Shown here one piece after another: positions 47,633 through 55,848 of a stretch of 64,000 nt of DNA. Made by a program: the position numbers and the translations under genes. Origin of the DNA: Candidatus Poribacteria bacterium. Lineage in GTDB: Bacteria > Poribacteria > WGA-4E > WGA-3G. Numbering within the stretch: the first letter of the stretch is position 1; each line of letters opens with the position of its first letter. The stretch covers positions 201,534-265,533 of the forward strand of contig CAXXUA010000003.1 of NCBI GenBank assembly GCA_963663765.2. Direction: 5' to 3'. The notes beneath the pieces are model-generated. The model was not told the origin of the DNA, searched no databases, and saw only the letters and a list, made by a program, of their open reading frames with translations.

Positions 47633-49579
47633 ATGAAATTGAAAACTCTCGGCCTTATCAGTATTGTAGTCTTTATTTTAGGAAATATAGTGGTTGCAGA
47701 AGGATCATCCGGCATAGACAAACGAAATATCTTTGTCGGTGCAAGCGCACGAGCCGTCGGTATGGGAAGCGCATTTACCGCTGGACCCTCAGCAAATAAC
47801 GGCTTTCTCTGGAATCCCTCCTCACTTGGGTTCATGAACGGATTGGAAGTGAACATGGGCGGTATTCCGTTTTCAGGTGATTCTTCAGGACCTGATCAGG
47901 CATTCTCATTAGCAGCAAGTCCAAACAGTCTCGGTATAATCAACAGAAATATCGGCAGTCTCTCTTTTGCATCTTGGTTCAATGGATGGAATAATAGCAA
48001 TGACGAATCTACTCAGATTGTGCTCTTAGGATACGGTATCGCACTCGGAAAACATGCCTCCGCAGGTGCAAACTTACGATACTATCAAAACAACAAACCA
48101 ACCAGAACCAACTATCTTTGGAGCGTTGATATCGGAATGCAGGCGACCTATCCACTTAAAAGGTTCGGGGATTCGGTCACATTGGGAATAAATCTATCGG
48201 AGTTAAGCAACGGAATACGCGATGCAGAAGGTGCGTTGATTAAACCTTTAGATGAAAGTATGCCGTTAACAACACGCTTCGGTTTGACATATCGTCCAGA
48301 CAGTTCAACGCTATTATCCGCTGATATGGCTATCCGAGGAAAAAATGATGCGAGTTGGGGAGAAAGGTTACGCGTACATTTCGGTGTAGAACGATGGTTA
48401 TTCCGAAAACACTTAGGTCTTCGCGTCGGATATACTGCACTTACTGCCTCTGAAAGATTTAGTGCAGGTCAATGGACACAAGGAATTAGCTTTCAGAACG
48501 CTACAGGACAGTTGGATTACGCCCATGTCAAAGGCGGCGATTTAGATCAAAGTCTACATTGGATTTCGGCGACTTTACGGTGGGGTGGGAAAAAGAAAGA
48601 CTCCGCACATACTGAGAAAAAACCTTCTGTTACAGAGGTAAAGCACCAAGATGTTTCTAATACAAACACAACACCACCAATACTGATGCCAAAAACGCTG
48701 GATACGGAGACTGAAAATGTCGTTTCTTCTAGGGAATTACAACTTTCCGAAACAGCAATTTCTCCCAACAGTGACGGCAATGCGGATACAACTACAATCC
48801 GCTTTCAAGTTAAAACAAATGAAAAATGGAAATTGACGCTCCACGATGCATATACAGAACAGGTCTGGGAAAAATCTGGGACAGGATCACCAACAGAAGG
48901 TGTTGTCTGGGATGGAAAAGGAAATGCCGATAAGGTGGTAACAGATGGAGATTATGTCGCACAATTGTATATCATAGACGAAAAAGGTACACCACATCTC
49001 AGAAGTAGTCAAAAAATCACTGTTGATCTGATTCCAGCAACATTAGAAATCTCTAAAAAATCAGACACAAGTGTAGCAGTAAAAACTTGGGACATCAATT
49101 CCATTGCTGCTTGGAAACTGGAGATCTACGACGCGGCAAATAAACTGGTTGAAAAGAGTGAAGGAAAAGGTTCACCACCAGAAAACATCGTCCTGACGAA
49201 AATCCCGCAGTTGACATCAAAATCCTACAAATTTACCATAAGTGTTAGAGATATTGCAGGAAATCAGACCGTTCAACAGGCACAATTACTGTTCGGTAGT
49301 GGACAACAAACCGTTAGTGGAACTGATACCACTGATAAACCCAAGTTAGTCCTTATGGTCGGATCATTTACTGAGAGACGCAATGCGAACATGTTGGCTG
49401 ATAACCTAAAACGCTTATATCCGAATGAGCAGGTAAAAATATACACGGTTTCAGTGAACGGGACAACAATGCACCGGGTGACAATCGGGGAATTCACAGA
49501 ACGATCAGAAGCGGCAGGACTCAAACAGCAAATTCAGGAGTCGCAAGGTGTTGAACCAATTTTGATTACACCTCAATAG
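47633..49579 (+). CDS. Secreted protein: N-terminal beta-barrel-like region, FlgD-Ig-like repeats, C-terminal SPOR domain
   Basis: ATG 47633 (GGAG upstream) gives a signal peptide MKLKTLGLISIVVFILGNIVVAEG. ISPNSDGNADTTTIRF is typical of FlgD-Ig/FlgD-like domains. The C-terminus LVLMVGSFTERRNANMLADNLK...HRVTIGEFTERSEAAGLKQQI fits SPOR. Confidence 0.6.
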   Translation: MKLKTLGLISIVVFILGNIVVAEGSSGIDKRNIFVGASARAVGMGSAFTAGPSANNGFLWNPSSLGFMNGLEVNMGGIPFSGDSSGPDQAFSLAASPNSLGIINRNIGSLSFASWFNGWNNSNDESTQIVLLGYGIALGKHASAGANLRYYQNNKPTRTNYLWSVDIGMQATYPLKRFGDSVTLGINLSELSNGIRDAEGALIKPLDESMPLTTRFGLTYRPDSSTLLSADMAIRGKNDASWGERLRVHFGVERWLFRKHLGLRVGYTALTASERFSAGQWTQGISFQNATGQLDYAHVKGGDLDQSLHWISATLRWGGKKKDSAHTEKKPSVTEVKHQDVSNTNTTPPILMPKTLDTETENVVSSRELQLSETAISPNSDGNADTTTIRFQVKTNEKWKLTLHDAYTEQVWEKSGTGSPTEGVVWDGKGNADKVVTDGDYVAQLYIIDEKGTPHLRSSQKITVDLIPATLEISKKSDTSVAVKTWDINSIAAWKLEIYDAANKLVEKSEGKGSPPENIVLTKIPQLTSKSYKFTISVRDIAGNQTVQQAQLLFGSGQQTVSGTDTTDKPKLVLMVGSFTERRNANMLADNLKRLYPNEQVKIYTVSVNGTTMHRVTIGEFTERSEAAGLKQQIQESQGVEPILITPQ

Positions 49580-49612
49580 ATGTCGCACCTTGATGATAGA
49601 GCTAACACGTTC

Positions 49613-50452
49613 TCACATTTTGTAGAAATCTAAACCGTTCTGGTACAAGAATTGGTTTTTCTCTGCATCAGTTGCATCGTCAATAACCGAGAGTAATGCC
49701 TCAAACCACTGACAATATTTGGCAGCTAAGGTGCAGACAGGCCAATCGCTACCAAACATAAGGCGATCATAACCAAAGACTTCTACAAGATGTAGAATGT
49801 AAGGCTTTAGTTCCTCTGCGGTCCACTCTTCACTGGCAGTTGTAACAATACCCGATACCTTACAGTATACATTGTCAAACGTGGCGAGTTTACGCATGTA
49901 GGTTGCCCACGGTTCAAACGTTCCATCTTTTATATTCGGTCCGCCACAGTGGTTGACTGCATGACGAACCTCAGGGGTCGCTTTCACCAATTCCACTGCA
50001 GCAGGAAGTTGATCGTCTTTCGCACAGAGATCGAAAGAGAGATTGTATTTCGTTAATAATTTCACACCGTTTATAAGTTCGGGAGTAGCGTAAAACTGGT
50101 TGTCCGTGCGGTGCCATGCCATCCTACGAATACCCACAATGAGATCAAACCCCGCAAGTTTTTCCAGGACAACCTCAACGTTGGGCTTCTCCAGTGGTGC
50201 TGCGGCGACAATTGCACCGATCATTCCATCTGTTTCAGCAATATTTGTTAGCCATTCCACTTCTTGCACAACATACGTCTCGGCAGGATCACCTTCCACG
50301 TGAACAGATTTGACGACATTTATGTCCCCGACAGCATCACGGTAATTCTGCGGTGTATATTTCTGTTGAAGTAGATCAAATCCCTCTAACCACGGATAGT
50401 CTAAAATAGAAGTATCCCACAGATGTTGGTGCGTATCAATTATTTTTTGCAT
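49613..50452 (-). CDS. Amidohydrolase-2 family metal-dependent hydrolase (TIM barrel)
   Basis: MQKIIDTHQHLWD (HxH motif at the N-terminus) and ...LMFGSDWPV near the C-terminus. ATG 50452 has GGAGG upstream (track start 50488). Confidence 0.75.
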   Translation of the reverse strand: MQKIIDTHQHLWDTSILDYPWLEGFDLLQQKYTPQNYRDAVGDINVVKSVHVEGDPAETYVVQEVEWLTNIAETDGMIGAIVAAAPLEKPNVEVVLEKLAGFDLIVGIRRMAWHRTDNQFYATPELINGVKLLTKYNLSFDLCAKDDQLPAAVELVKATPEVRHAVNHCGGPNIKDGTFEPWATYMRKLATFDNVYCKVSGIVTTASEEWTAEELKPYILHLVEVFGYDRLMFGSDWPVCTLAAKYCQWFEALLSVIDDATDAEKNQFLYQNGLDFYKM

Positions 50453-50546
50453 GTGCCTCCTTTTTAACTGGCAAAAAGACCTATTCACTTGATCATATAG
50501 TAACTTACAATATTGGACATCAGAAAAATAAAATCACTAAACAAAG

Positions 50547-51342
50547 GGTGTGTAAAGTTTTTGCACAGAGGTACTAACTTTTGTTCTCTTTAGTCCCGTA
50601 GGGACGCAATGTTTATAGAAAGACGTTATAACATCCCCTCTCTTTAGTTCCGTAGGAACGACATAGAAGGATAAACATATCGTCCCTACCAAATCAACGC
50701 CAAATGCGCGTATGGCATTTGGCGGGACTAAAAAGACGTGGGGATATGTATTTCTATAAACATATCGTCCCTACGGGACTGAAGAATATGGTTAGTATTA
50801 ACAATATTTCTTTATATTGACAACACCTATGGGTCCTGTTCCCGCAATCTCTTATTTAATCAGTTGCGGCGGGGCACAGAGACCCCATAGGTGTCAACTT
50901 AAGGATTTTGACCTCTTGTGGGAGGGGTTTTCAACCCCGTCAGAAGCCAAACGCGCTTCTGACGTTGATTTGGATTTTTTAGTGCATTTCCACTCAAATC
51001 GGGCTTACAAAGCCCTCCCACAAGAGAATATGCAAACACTTTTTTCTTAAATTGACACCTATGCGGCGGACACAGAGACCCGGGGAATGCCTAAATTGAC
51101 ATTCATACCCGGGGAATACCATAAGGTATTCATACCAGGGGAATACCATAAGGTATTCATACCAGGGGAATACCATAAGGTATTCATACCAGGGGAATAC
51201 CATAAGGTATTCATACCAGGGGAATACCATAAGGTATTCATACCAGGGGAATACCATAAGGTATTCATACCGTTGATTTCTTGATTACTTGATTTCGTCC
51301 TACAATGGAGAGTGGGATGCTTGTGCAAAAACTTTACACACC
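50547..51342. mobile_element. 796-bp mosaic TIR element (copy B, inverted relative to copy A), flanked by a 10-bp direct repeat CTAAACAAAG
   Basis: TIRs at 50547..50567 and 51322..51342. CTAAACAAAG occurs at 50537..50546 and 51344..51353. The element contains nested sub-elements and the 27-bp tandem array. Confidence 0.7.
51082..51272. repeat. Tandem array of a 27-bp hairpin unit GGGGAATACCATAAGGTATTCATACCA (6 copies plus 1 degenerate)
   Basis: Units start at 51111, 51138, 51165, 51192, 51219 and 51246, with a degenerate unit at 51082..51110. Each unit contains GAATACC-ATAA-GGTATTC. There are no spacers. Confidence 0.9.
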
Positions 51343-51422
51343 TCTAAACAAAGATTGGTAATACCTATGGTTTTATGTTAACATGCTACATAGAGAAATT
51401 CAACTATTGGAAAGTTCACTGA

Positions 51423-52202
51423 ATGTTAGTTAAACCTGCCTATTTTGCCCTATTTAAGTTAACTCTCCGTCAACTATTCTGGAGTCGACGAGGACTTCTA
51501 ATCCTGATTGGTGGTCTTTTTCCGATTGCAATCGCTCTCGTGGTTCGATTCTATGCGCAAACATCGGGGTTAGTCAACAACTTTATCCCTCATCTGACGT
51601 TTTTTTATTATGGGTTTTTGACGAATTTATGTGCAATTTTTTACGGATCAGCAATCGTGTCTGATGAAATTGATGGTAGAGGACTAACATATCTTCAGAT
51701 GCGTCCACTCCGAAAGTCATTGATATTACTTAGCAAATTCACCGCATATATGATCGGAACAATCGCCTTGATTGCTCTATCGCACTTGCTTCTAACAGCA
51801 ATTATGGAAACGCATCCAAAATTAAGAGACCGAATGATAGTGTTTGGAATGAGTTTCTATTATATAGGCGCGTTATCGTTGGGAATGTTAGTTTATGGAA
51901 CTTTTGCAATGCTATTGTCTGTTCGATTTAAGCATCCTGTTCTTTGGGGTTTGTTATTTGTGTTTGGTTGGGAAAGGATCACCTCAATCCCTCCAATGCC
52001 AAGTGGAATCAAACACATCTCATTATCACATTACTTGATGACACTGTTTCCAGATTTCAAATTACGGAGTGACATCCTTGATGATTTGTTAGGGAATACG
52101 CCGCCAGCCGCTTGGGTGGCAGCGTTAGTGATCTGCCTGCTAACAGCAAGCGCAATGTGGCTCGCTGTGCGAATCTTCAATGAAAGAGAGTATTTGATGT
52201 AG
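51423..52202 (+). CDS. Polytopic membrane protein, ABC-2-type permease-like
   Basis: About six hydrophobic segments in 259 aa, with no diagnostic motif. The call rests on topology only. Confidence 0.35.
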   Translation: MLVKPAYFALFKLTLRQLFWSRRGLLILIGGLFPIAIALVVRFYAQTSGLVNNFIPHLTFFYYGFLTNLCAIFYGSAIVSDEIDGRGLTYLQMRPLRKSLILLSKFTAYMIGTIALIALSHLLLTAIMETHPKLRDRMIVFGMSFYYIGALSLGMLVYGTFAMLLSVRFKHPVLWGLLFVFGWERITSIPPMPSGIKHISLSHYLMTLFPDFKLRSDILDDLLGNTPPAAWVAALVICLLTASAMWLAVRIFNEREYLM

Positions 52203-52237
52203 AAGATTCACGCCATAGTCAAGGAAATATTAACGAA

Positions 52238-53434
52238 CTATGCAGATAATACATGTGCAGTTTCACGGGATACAATAAGTTCCTCATTAGTAGAAACTAC
52301 AAGAATTTTCACACGGCTATTTTCCGCTGATAGGTCGGTTTCTCCAGTAGCATTCTCATTTTTTTCAGCATCTAAATGTATGCCACACCATTCAAGTCCA
52401 TCGCAGATTTTAGCACGGGTCGTTGAACTTTTCTCTCCGATACCACCCGCAAAGGCGATGACATCAACGCCACCAAGTGCAGCAATATAAGCACCGATAT
52501 ACTTCTTCACACCGTAAGTGTATGTCTCTAATGCTAAGCGAGCATTGTCGTTACCAGCATCAATCGCCGCTTCTACATCGCGCATGTCACCGCTGGTACC
52601 AGAGATGCCTTTTACACCCGACTCCTCAATCAGTTGCCGTCTAATCTCGTCGGTAGAGTAATCTTCTTTGTCCATCAGATACAAAACGGCAAACGCATCT
52701 AAATCTCCGCATCGAGTGGATTGGACCATACCGTATTGTGTTGACGCACCCATTGAGGTATCAATTGATTTTCCGTCTTTGATGGCACATAAGGAGGAAC
52801 TACCACCGAGATGACAAGAGATAATCCGAAGCCCTTCACTGTTTTCTCGGCTAAGCATCTGCGGCACACGTTCGGAAATATAACGATGTGACGCACCATG
52901 AAATCCGTATTTACGGATACCGTGTTGTTCTACCCAGAACCGTGGCACACCAAAGTCGTAGGCGTAATCGGGAATTGTCTGGTGAAACCATGTCTCAAAA
53001 ACAGCAACCAGCGGGGTGTTCGGAAGGAGTTCCTGAAACGCACGGATAGACGCAATATATGCAGGATTGTGCATCGGGGCAAGGGGTGTGGATGCTTCCA
53101 ATGCAGCTATAACGTCATCTGTAATCCGTGCTGAACGCCAATATCCTTTGGCAAGAATGGTTTTGAAACCGACACCGTCCAATTGGTTCAGGTCTGTCAG
53201 GCAACCGACTTCGGGATCAGTGATGAGTTGCATCGCATGTGCAATCGCATCAATATGTGAGGAGGCATCAATTTCACCTTGGCGGGACGGTTTACCCGGT
53301 ACTGCATGTGTAAAAGCAGATGGTGAATTACCGATACGGTCTACCCCTCCCTTGACGAGGGAGGCAGTTTTTTCCATGTCTATGATCTGGTATTTGAACG
53401 AGGTGCTACCAACGTTTGCACAAAGTATACGCAT
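52238..53434 (-). CDS. ackA: Acetate kinase
   Basis: MRILCANVGSTSFKYQI, FGFHGASHRY, ISCHLGGSSSLCAIKDGKSIDTSMG and AFAGGIGE are acetate/propionate kinase family signatures. 398 aa. Confidence 0.9.
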   Translation of the reverse strand: MRILCANVGSTSFKYQIIDMEKTASLVKGGVDRIGNSPSAFTHAVPGKPSRQGEIDASSHIDAIAHAMQLITDPEVGCLTDLNQLDGVGFKTILAKGYWRSARITDDVIAALEASTPLAPMHNPAYIASIRAFQELLPNTPLVAVFETWFHQTIPDYAYDFGVPRFWVEQHGIRKYGFHGASHRYISERVPQMLSRENSEGLRIISCHLGGSSSLCAIKDGKSIDTSMGASTQYGMVQSTRCGDLDAFAVLYLMDKEDYSTDEIRRQLIEESGVKGISGTSGDMRDVEAAIDAGNDNARLALETYTYGVKKYIGAYIAALGGVDVIAFAGGIGEKSSTTRAKICDGLEWCGIHLDAEKNENATGETDLSAENSRVKILVVSTNEELIVSRETAHVLSA

Positions 53435-53485
53435 GGTGGTATTTATATCTATGAAGTCACTTGAATATAAAAATAAAGTTCAGCG

Positions 53486-54244
53486 TTATATTCCAACCCC
53501 AGTATAAGCAAGAGGTAAATCATTCCAAAATTGCTCTTCTAACTTCCTTCCTTTTTGTCTTTTGTTTTGTCCACCCCATTGTTTAAAAAAGAAAGGTACT
53601 GAGGCTTGTTGACATTGGTCACGGATATCAGTTACCCATTCTTCTTGCATAGGTCGAGCCCCGGGGCCGGATTCACCTCCGACAATTACCCAATGTATAT
53701 TTTCTAAATCAAGATTTCGGAGTTCACCTATAAGCGGTTCAAGAGACAAAAATTTGATGTGGGCATCTGTTTCTCGCAAATCGTCAATTCGAGATTTATA
53801 GTCTTGATTTTCAACACTAACTCCCATCCATACATTTTCTGGCCACTTTATTTTTGAATTGAATTCAATCAACCGTTTTGATCGTTTTGTAAGTACTTGG
53901 AAGTGATGTTGAGTTGCATTACGCATTGTTTCAAAGACCTTTAGGATAAATTCTAATTTAACATCTTCATGAAATAAATCACTCATGGAATTGACAAAAA
54001 TCAACTGAGGTTTTTTCCACTTCAAAGGCAAATCAAGTAATTCTTCAACAAGTCGAACCTTATTTGACCATCTTGGACCTGTTTTTGTCATTTTCGCAAG
54101 ACCTTCATAAGCAAGACCTTCTTTTGAAAACCGGGCAGCTATTCGTTCGGCATAACAAAACTTACACCCCTCAGAAACACGAGTACAACCCCTTACAGGA
54201 TTCCAAGTTGATTGTGTCCACTCAATTGCGGATTTAGTCGCCAT
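53486..54244 (-). CDS. Phage Gp37/Gp68 family protein (DUF5131, three-Cys motif)
   Basis: TKSAIEWTQSTWNPVRGCTRVSEGCKFCYAERIAARF is the hallmark N-terminus (IEWT..TWNP..GC..S.GC..CYA) of PF07505/DUF5131. Confidence 0.8.
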   Translation of the reverse strand: MATKSAIEWTQSTWNPVRGCTRVSEGCKFCYAERIAARFSKEGLAYEGLAKMTKTGPRWSNKVRLVEELLDLPLKWKKPQLIFVNSMSDLFHEDVKLEFILKVFETMRNATQHHFQVLTKRSKRLIEFNSKIKWPENVWMGVSVENQDYKSRIDDLRETDAHIKFLSLEPLIGELRNLDLENIHWVIVGGESGPGARPMQEEWVTDIRDQCQQASVPFFFKQWGGQNKRQKGRKLEEQFWNDLPLAYTGVGI

Positions 54245-54272
54245 TATTGTGGTTCCTCCTTAGATAGAAACA

Positions 54273-55433
54273 TTACTCGTCCCTAGTTGGAAATGTAACT
54301 TGAACATTATCGCCAAAAGTGTTTTCTTGTCGCTTATTTGCAGAGGGATCCGTTAAAATCTTTCCGTCATTTTCAAGTTTGATAAGTGCCTTTTTATAGT
54401 TCTTTTTAATATACGGTGTGTCAATGGTGTGCTGGTCGTAAATCTGCTGCATTGTCATGATCTTACCCGCAAAATCTCTCAACAAGATTTCAGCCAAAAC
54501 GTCAAGTGGACTTGGAGCACCAAATAAGGGAAGTTGTTGAGGTTGATGATCCATAGGGTCATATTCAAACGAAGGAACACTCTGAACTGAGTCTGTGCTT
54601 TCTTTAGCCATGATGTCTTTCATAATTTGATAACCTCTGACATTCTTGGAAACAAAGATCAAATGATGACTTAATCGCTTTATGCTATCAAACTTAAAAC
54701 GAAATGGCAAAACATACTTACCTCCCTTTTCTTTTAGTGCTTGGCTAATTGTCTCAATTACAGATAATTCTTTTTCAAATGAGTCCATATCATTTAGCAA
54801 AAGATTTCCAAGTTCAGTCGCTCGTTTTTTGCCGAAAAGTGCGTCTATATGTTTCTTAACACTTGGATTATTAATGCTCATAGATATACGATTATAGTTG
54901 AAGAAAAATATGCAATCACAACCCCAGTTTCTAAGAGCAGAGCTAATAAGTTCCAAAGACAGTCCTTTGTAACCCCATGGATCAACAAAGAACAGGGTCG
55001 GTATTGTATTTATACTACCCAAAATCTGTGCTACTTCTTCATCTACATCCATATTTAAAATACGAGGCAAAATTCCCAGTTTATCAATATCTTTGATTGA
55101 GTCAATGGCATCCTTTAATCTATGAGCATGTTTCGAATCAATATCGTTAAAAATACAGGTGAGCATATCCCGTATATCTTCATTTTCAATTGCCTTTTCA
55201 AGAATGAGAATTGGAGTAGACTTTGATCCATCTGCATATATACCTGGACCTGCGAAAAAATCTACATAACCAATATTTGTATTCCTTTTTTTAGCATGAG
55301 GAATTATAATTTTTGCCCAAGCCCAGAAATATTTCACTACAATTCTTGTTTTTACCTTTGACGCTTCTTTAGCTTTATCAAAAAAATATTTATCCCGCAT
55401 AACCTTCCCTTTATAAATAATACTATAAACCAT
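54273..55433 (-). CDS. tcmP: Three-Cys-motif partner protein TcmP
   Basis: KVKTRIVVKYFWAWAKII...IGYVDFFAGPGIY..GSKSTPILIL matches my recollection of the TIGR04474 pattern (K..il..Yl...y.D.FAGPG...GSP). It lies immediately upstream of a DUF5131 gene, as the family definition expects. An alternative start at ATG 55400 is preceded by AAGGGAAGG. Confidence 0.65.
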   Translation of the reverse strand: MVYSIIYKGKVMRDKYFFDKAKEASKVKTRIVVKYFWAWAKIIIPHAKKRNTNIGYVDFFAGPGIYADGSKSTPILILEKAIENEDIRDMLTCIFNDIDSKHAHRLKDAIDSIKDIDKLGILPRILNMDVDEEVAQILGSINTIPTLFFVDPWGYKGLSLELISSALRNWGCDCIFFFNYNRISMSINNPSVKKHIDALFGKKRATELGNLLLNDMDSFEKELSVIETISQALKEKGGKYVLPFRFKFDSIKRLSHHLIFVSKNVRGYQIMKDIMAKESTDSVQSVPSFEYDPMDHQPQQLPLFGAPSPLDVLAEILLRDFAGKIMTMQQIYDQHTIDTPYIKKNYKKALIKLENDGKILTDPSANKRQENTFGDNVQVTFPTRDE

Positions 55434-55478
55434 GTTGTCTTGTCAAGATTTAATTAACGATTAATTCAATTTAGCATT

Positions 55479-55612
55479 ATACCAAATTAACCTAAATCGT
55501 AGGGACAGGTCTCCGGGGAATGCCAAAAGGCATTCATACCGTTGATTACTTGATTTGGTACCCGCCCGTGTTCTCCACATTAAAATCAATACAAATCACA
55601 TTAATTTGGTAT
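55479..55612. mobile_element. 134-bp copy of the ATACCAAATTAAC-TIR MITE carrying a nested hairpin-unit insertion
   Basis: The first 29 nt are identical to the reverse complement of 32736..32764. The interior carries CCGGGGAATGCCAAAAGGCATTCATACCGTTGATTACTTGATTT, related to the 27-bp array unit and its 3' flank at 51246..51296. Confidence 0.6.
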
Positions 55613-55736
55613 TACTTGTGTTGATTGTAAAAGCTTCCAACCCTAATAATAGTGTGTTTACACATTAACATCGAATATTTTACAATAACAAAGTCATACC
55701 ATTTCTTATATAATGTCTCATTAGCTGCGGAGATCT

Positions 55737-55780
55737 GGTAGGAGCGACCTCCTGGTCGCGACCGGGAGGTCGCTCCTACC
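55737..55780. repeat. 44-nt near-perfect palindrome GGTAGGAGCGACCTCC-TGGTCGCGACCG-GGAGGTCGCTCCTACC (REP-like; possible terminator for the tricorn-like gene)
   Basis: 16-bp outer arms plus the inner GGTCG/CGACC pairing, read directly. It lies ~70 nt downstream of the minus-strand stop at 55849. Related half-sites occur at about 33810..33890. Confidence 0.6.
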
Positions 55781-55848
55781 GTAGAGAGGACTTCTAACCA
55801 ACGATAACAGTGGAATTCCTTATGAAACAAGTATTATTAGAAATGGTA

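Noticed and set aside
41490-50546. The 9-kb block between mosaic elements A and B as a composite transposon or genomic island
   Set aside because: There is no transposase or integrase in or next to the block. The cargo looks like ordinary envelope and metabolic genes. Copy A lacks a target duplication, and the outer flanks of A and B share no common duplication. I keep it only as an inverted-repeat-flanked segment.
51082-51272. Possible CRISPR array
   Set aside because: The units are directly adjacent with no spacers, the unit is only 27 bp, and no cas genes are nearby. This is a plain tandem repeat.
50994-51328. Three overlapping ORFs (50994..51257 -, 51059..51328 -, 51087..51284 +) encoding repeated peptides such as FIPGEYHKV or MVFPWYEYL
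   Set aside because: They are translation artefacts of the 27-bp (9-codon) tandem repeat, which keeps several frames open. They have no RBS and lie inside a non-coding mosaic element.
55612-55830. ORF 55612..55830 (-), 72 aa
   Set aside because: It spans the 44-nt palindrome (giving ..VGATSRSRPGGRSYQ..) and abuts a MITE end. This is a typical spurious ORF across REP-like DNA.
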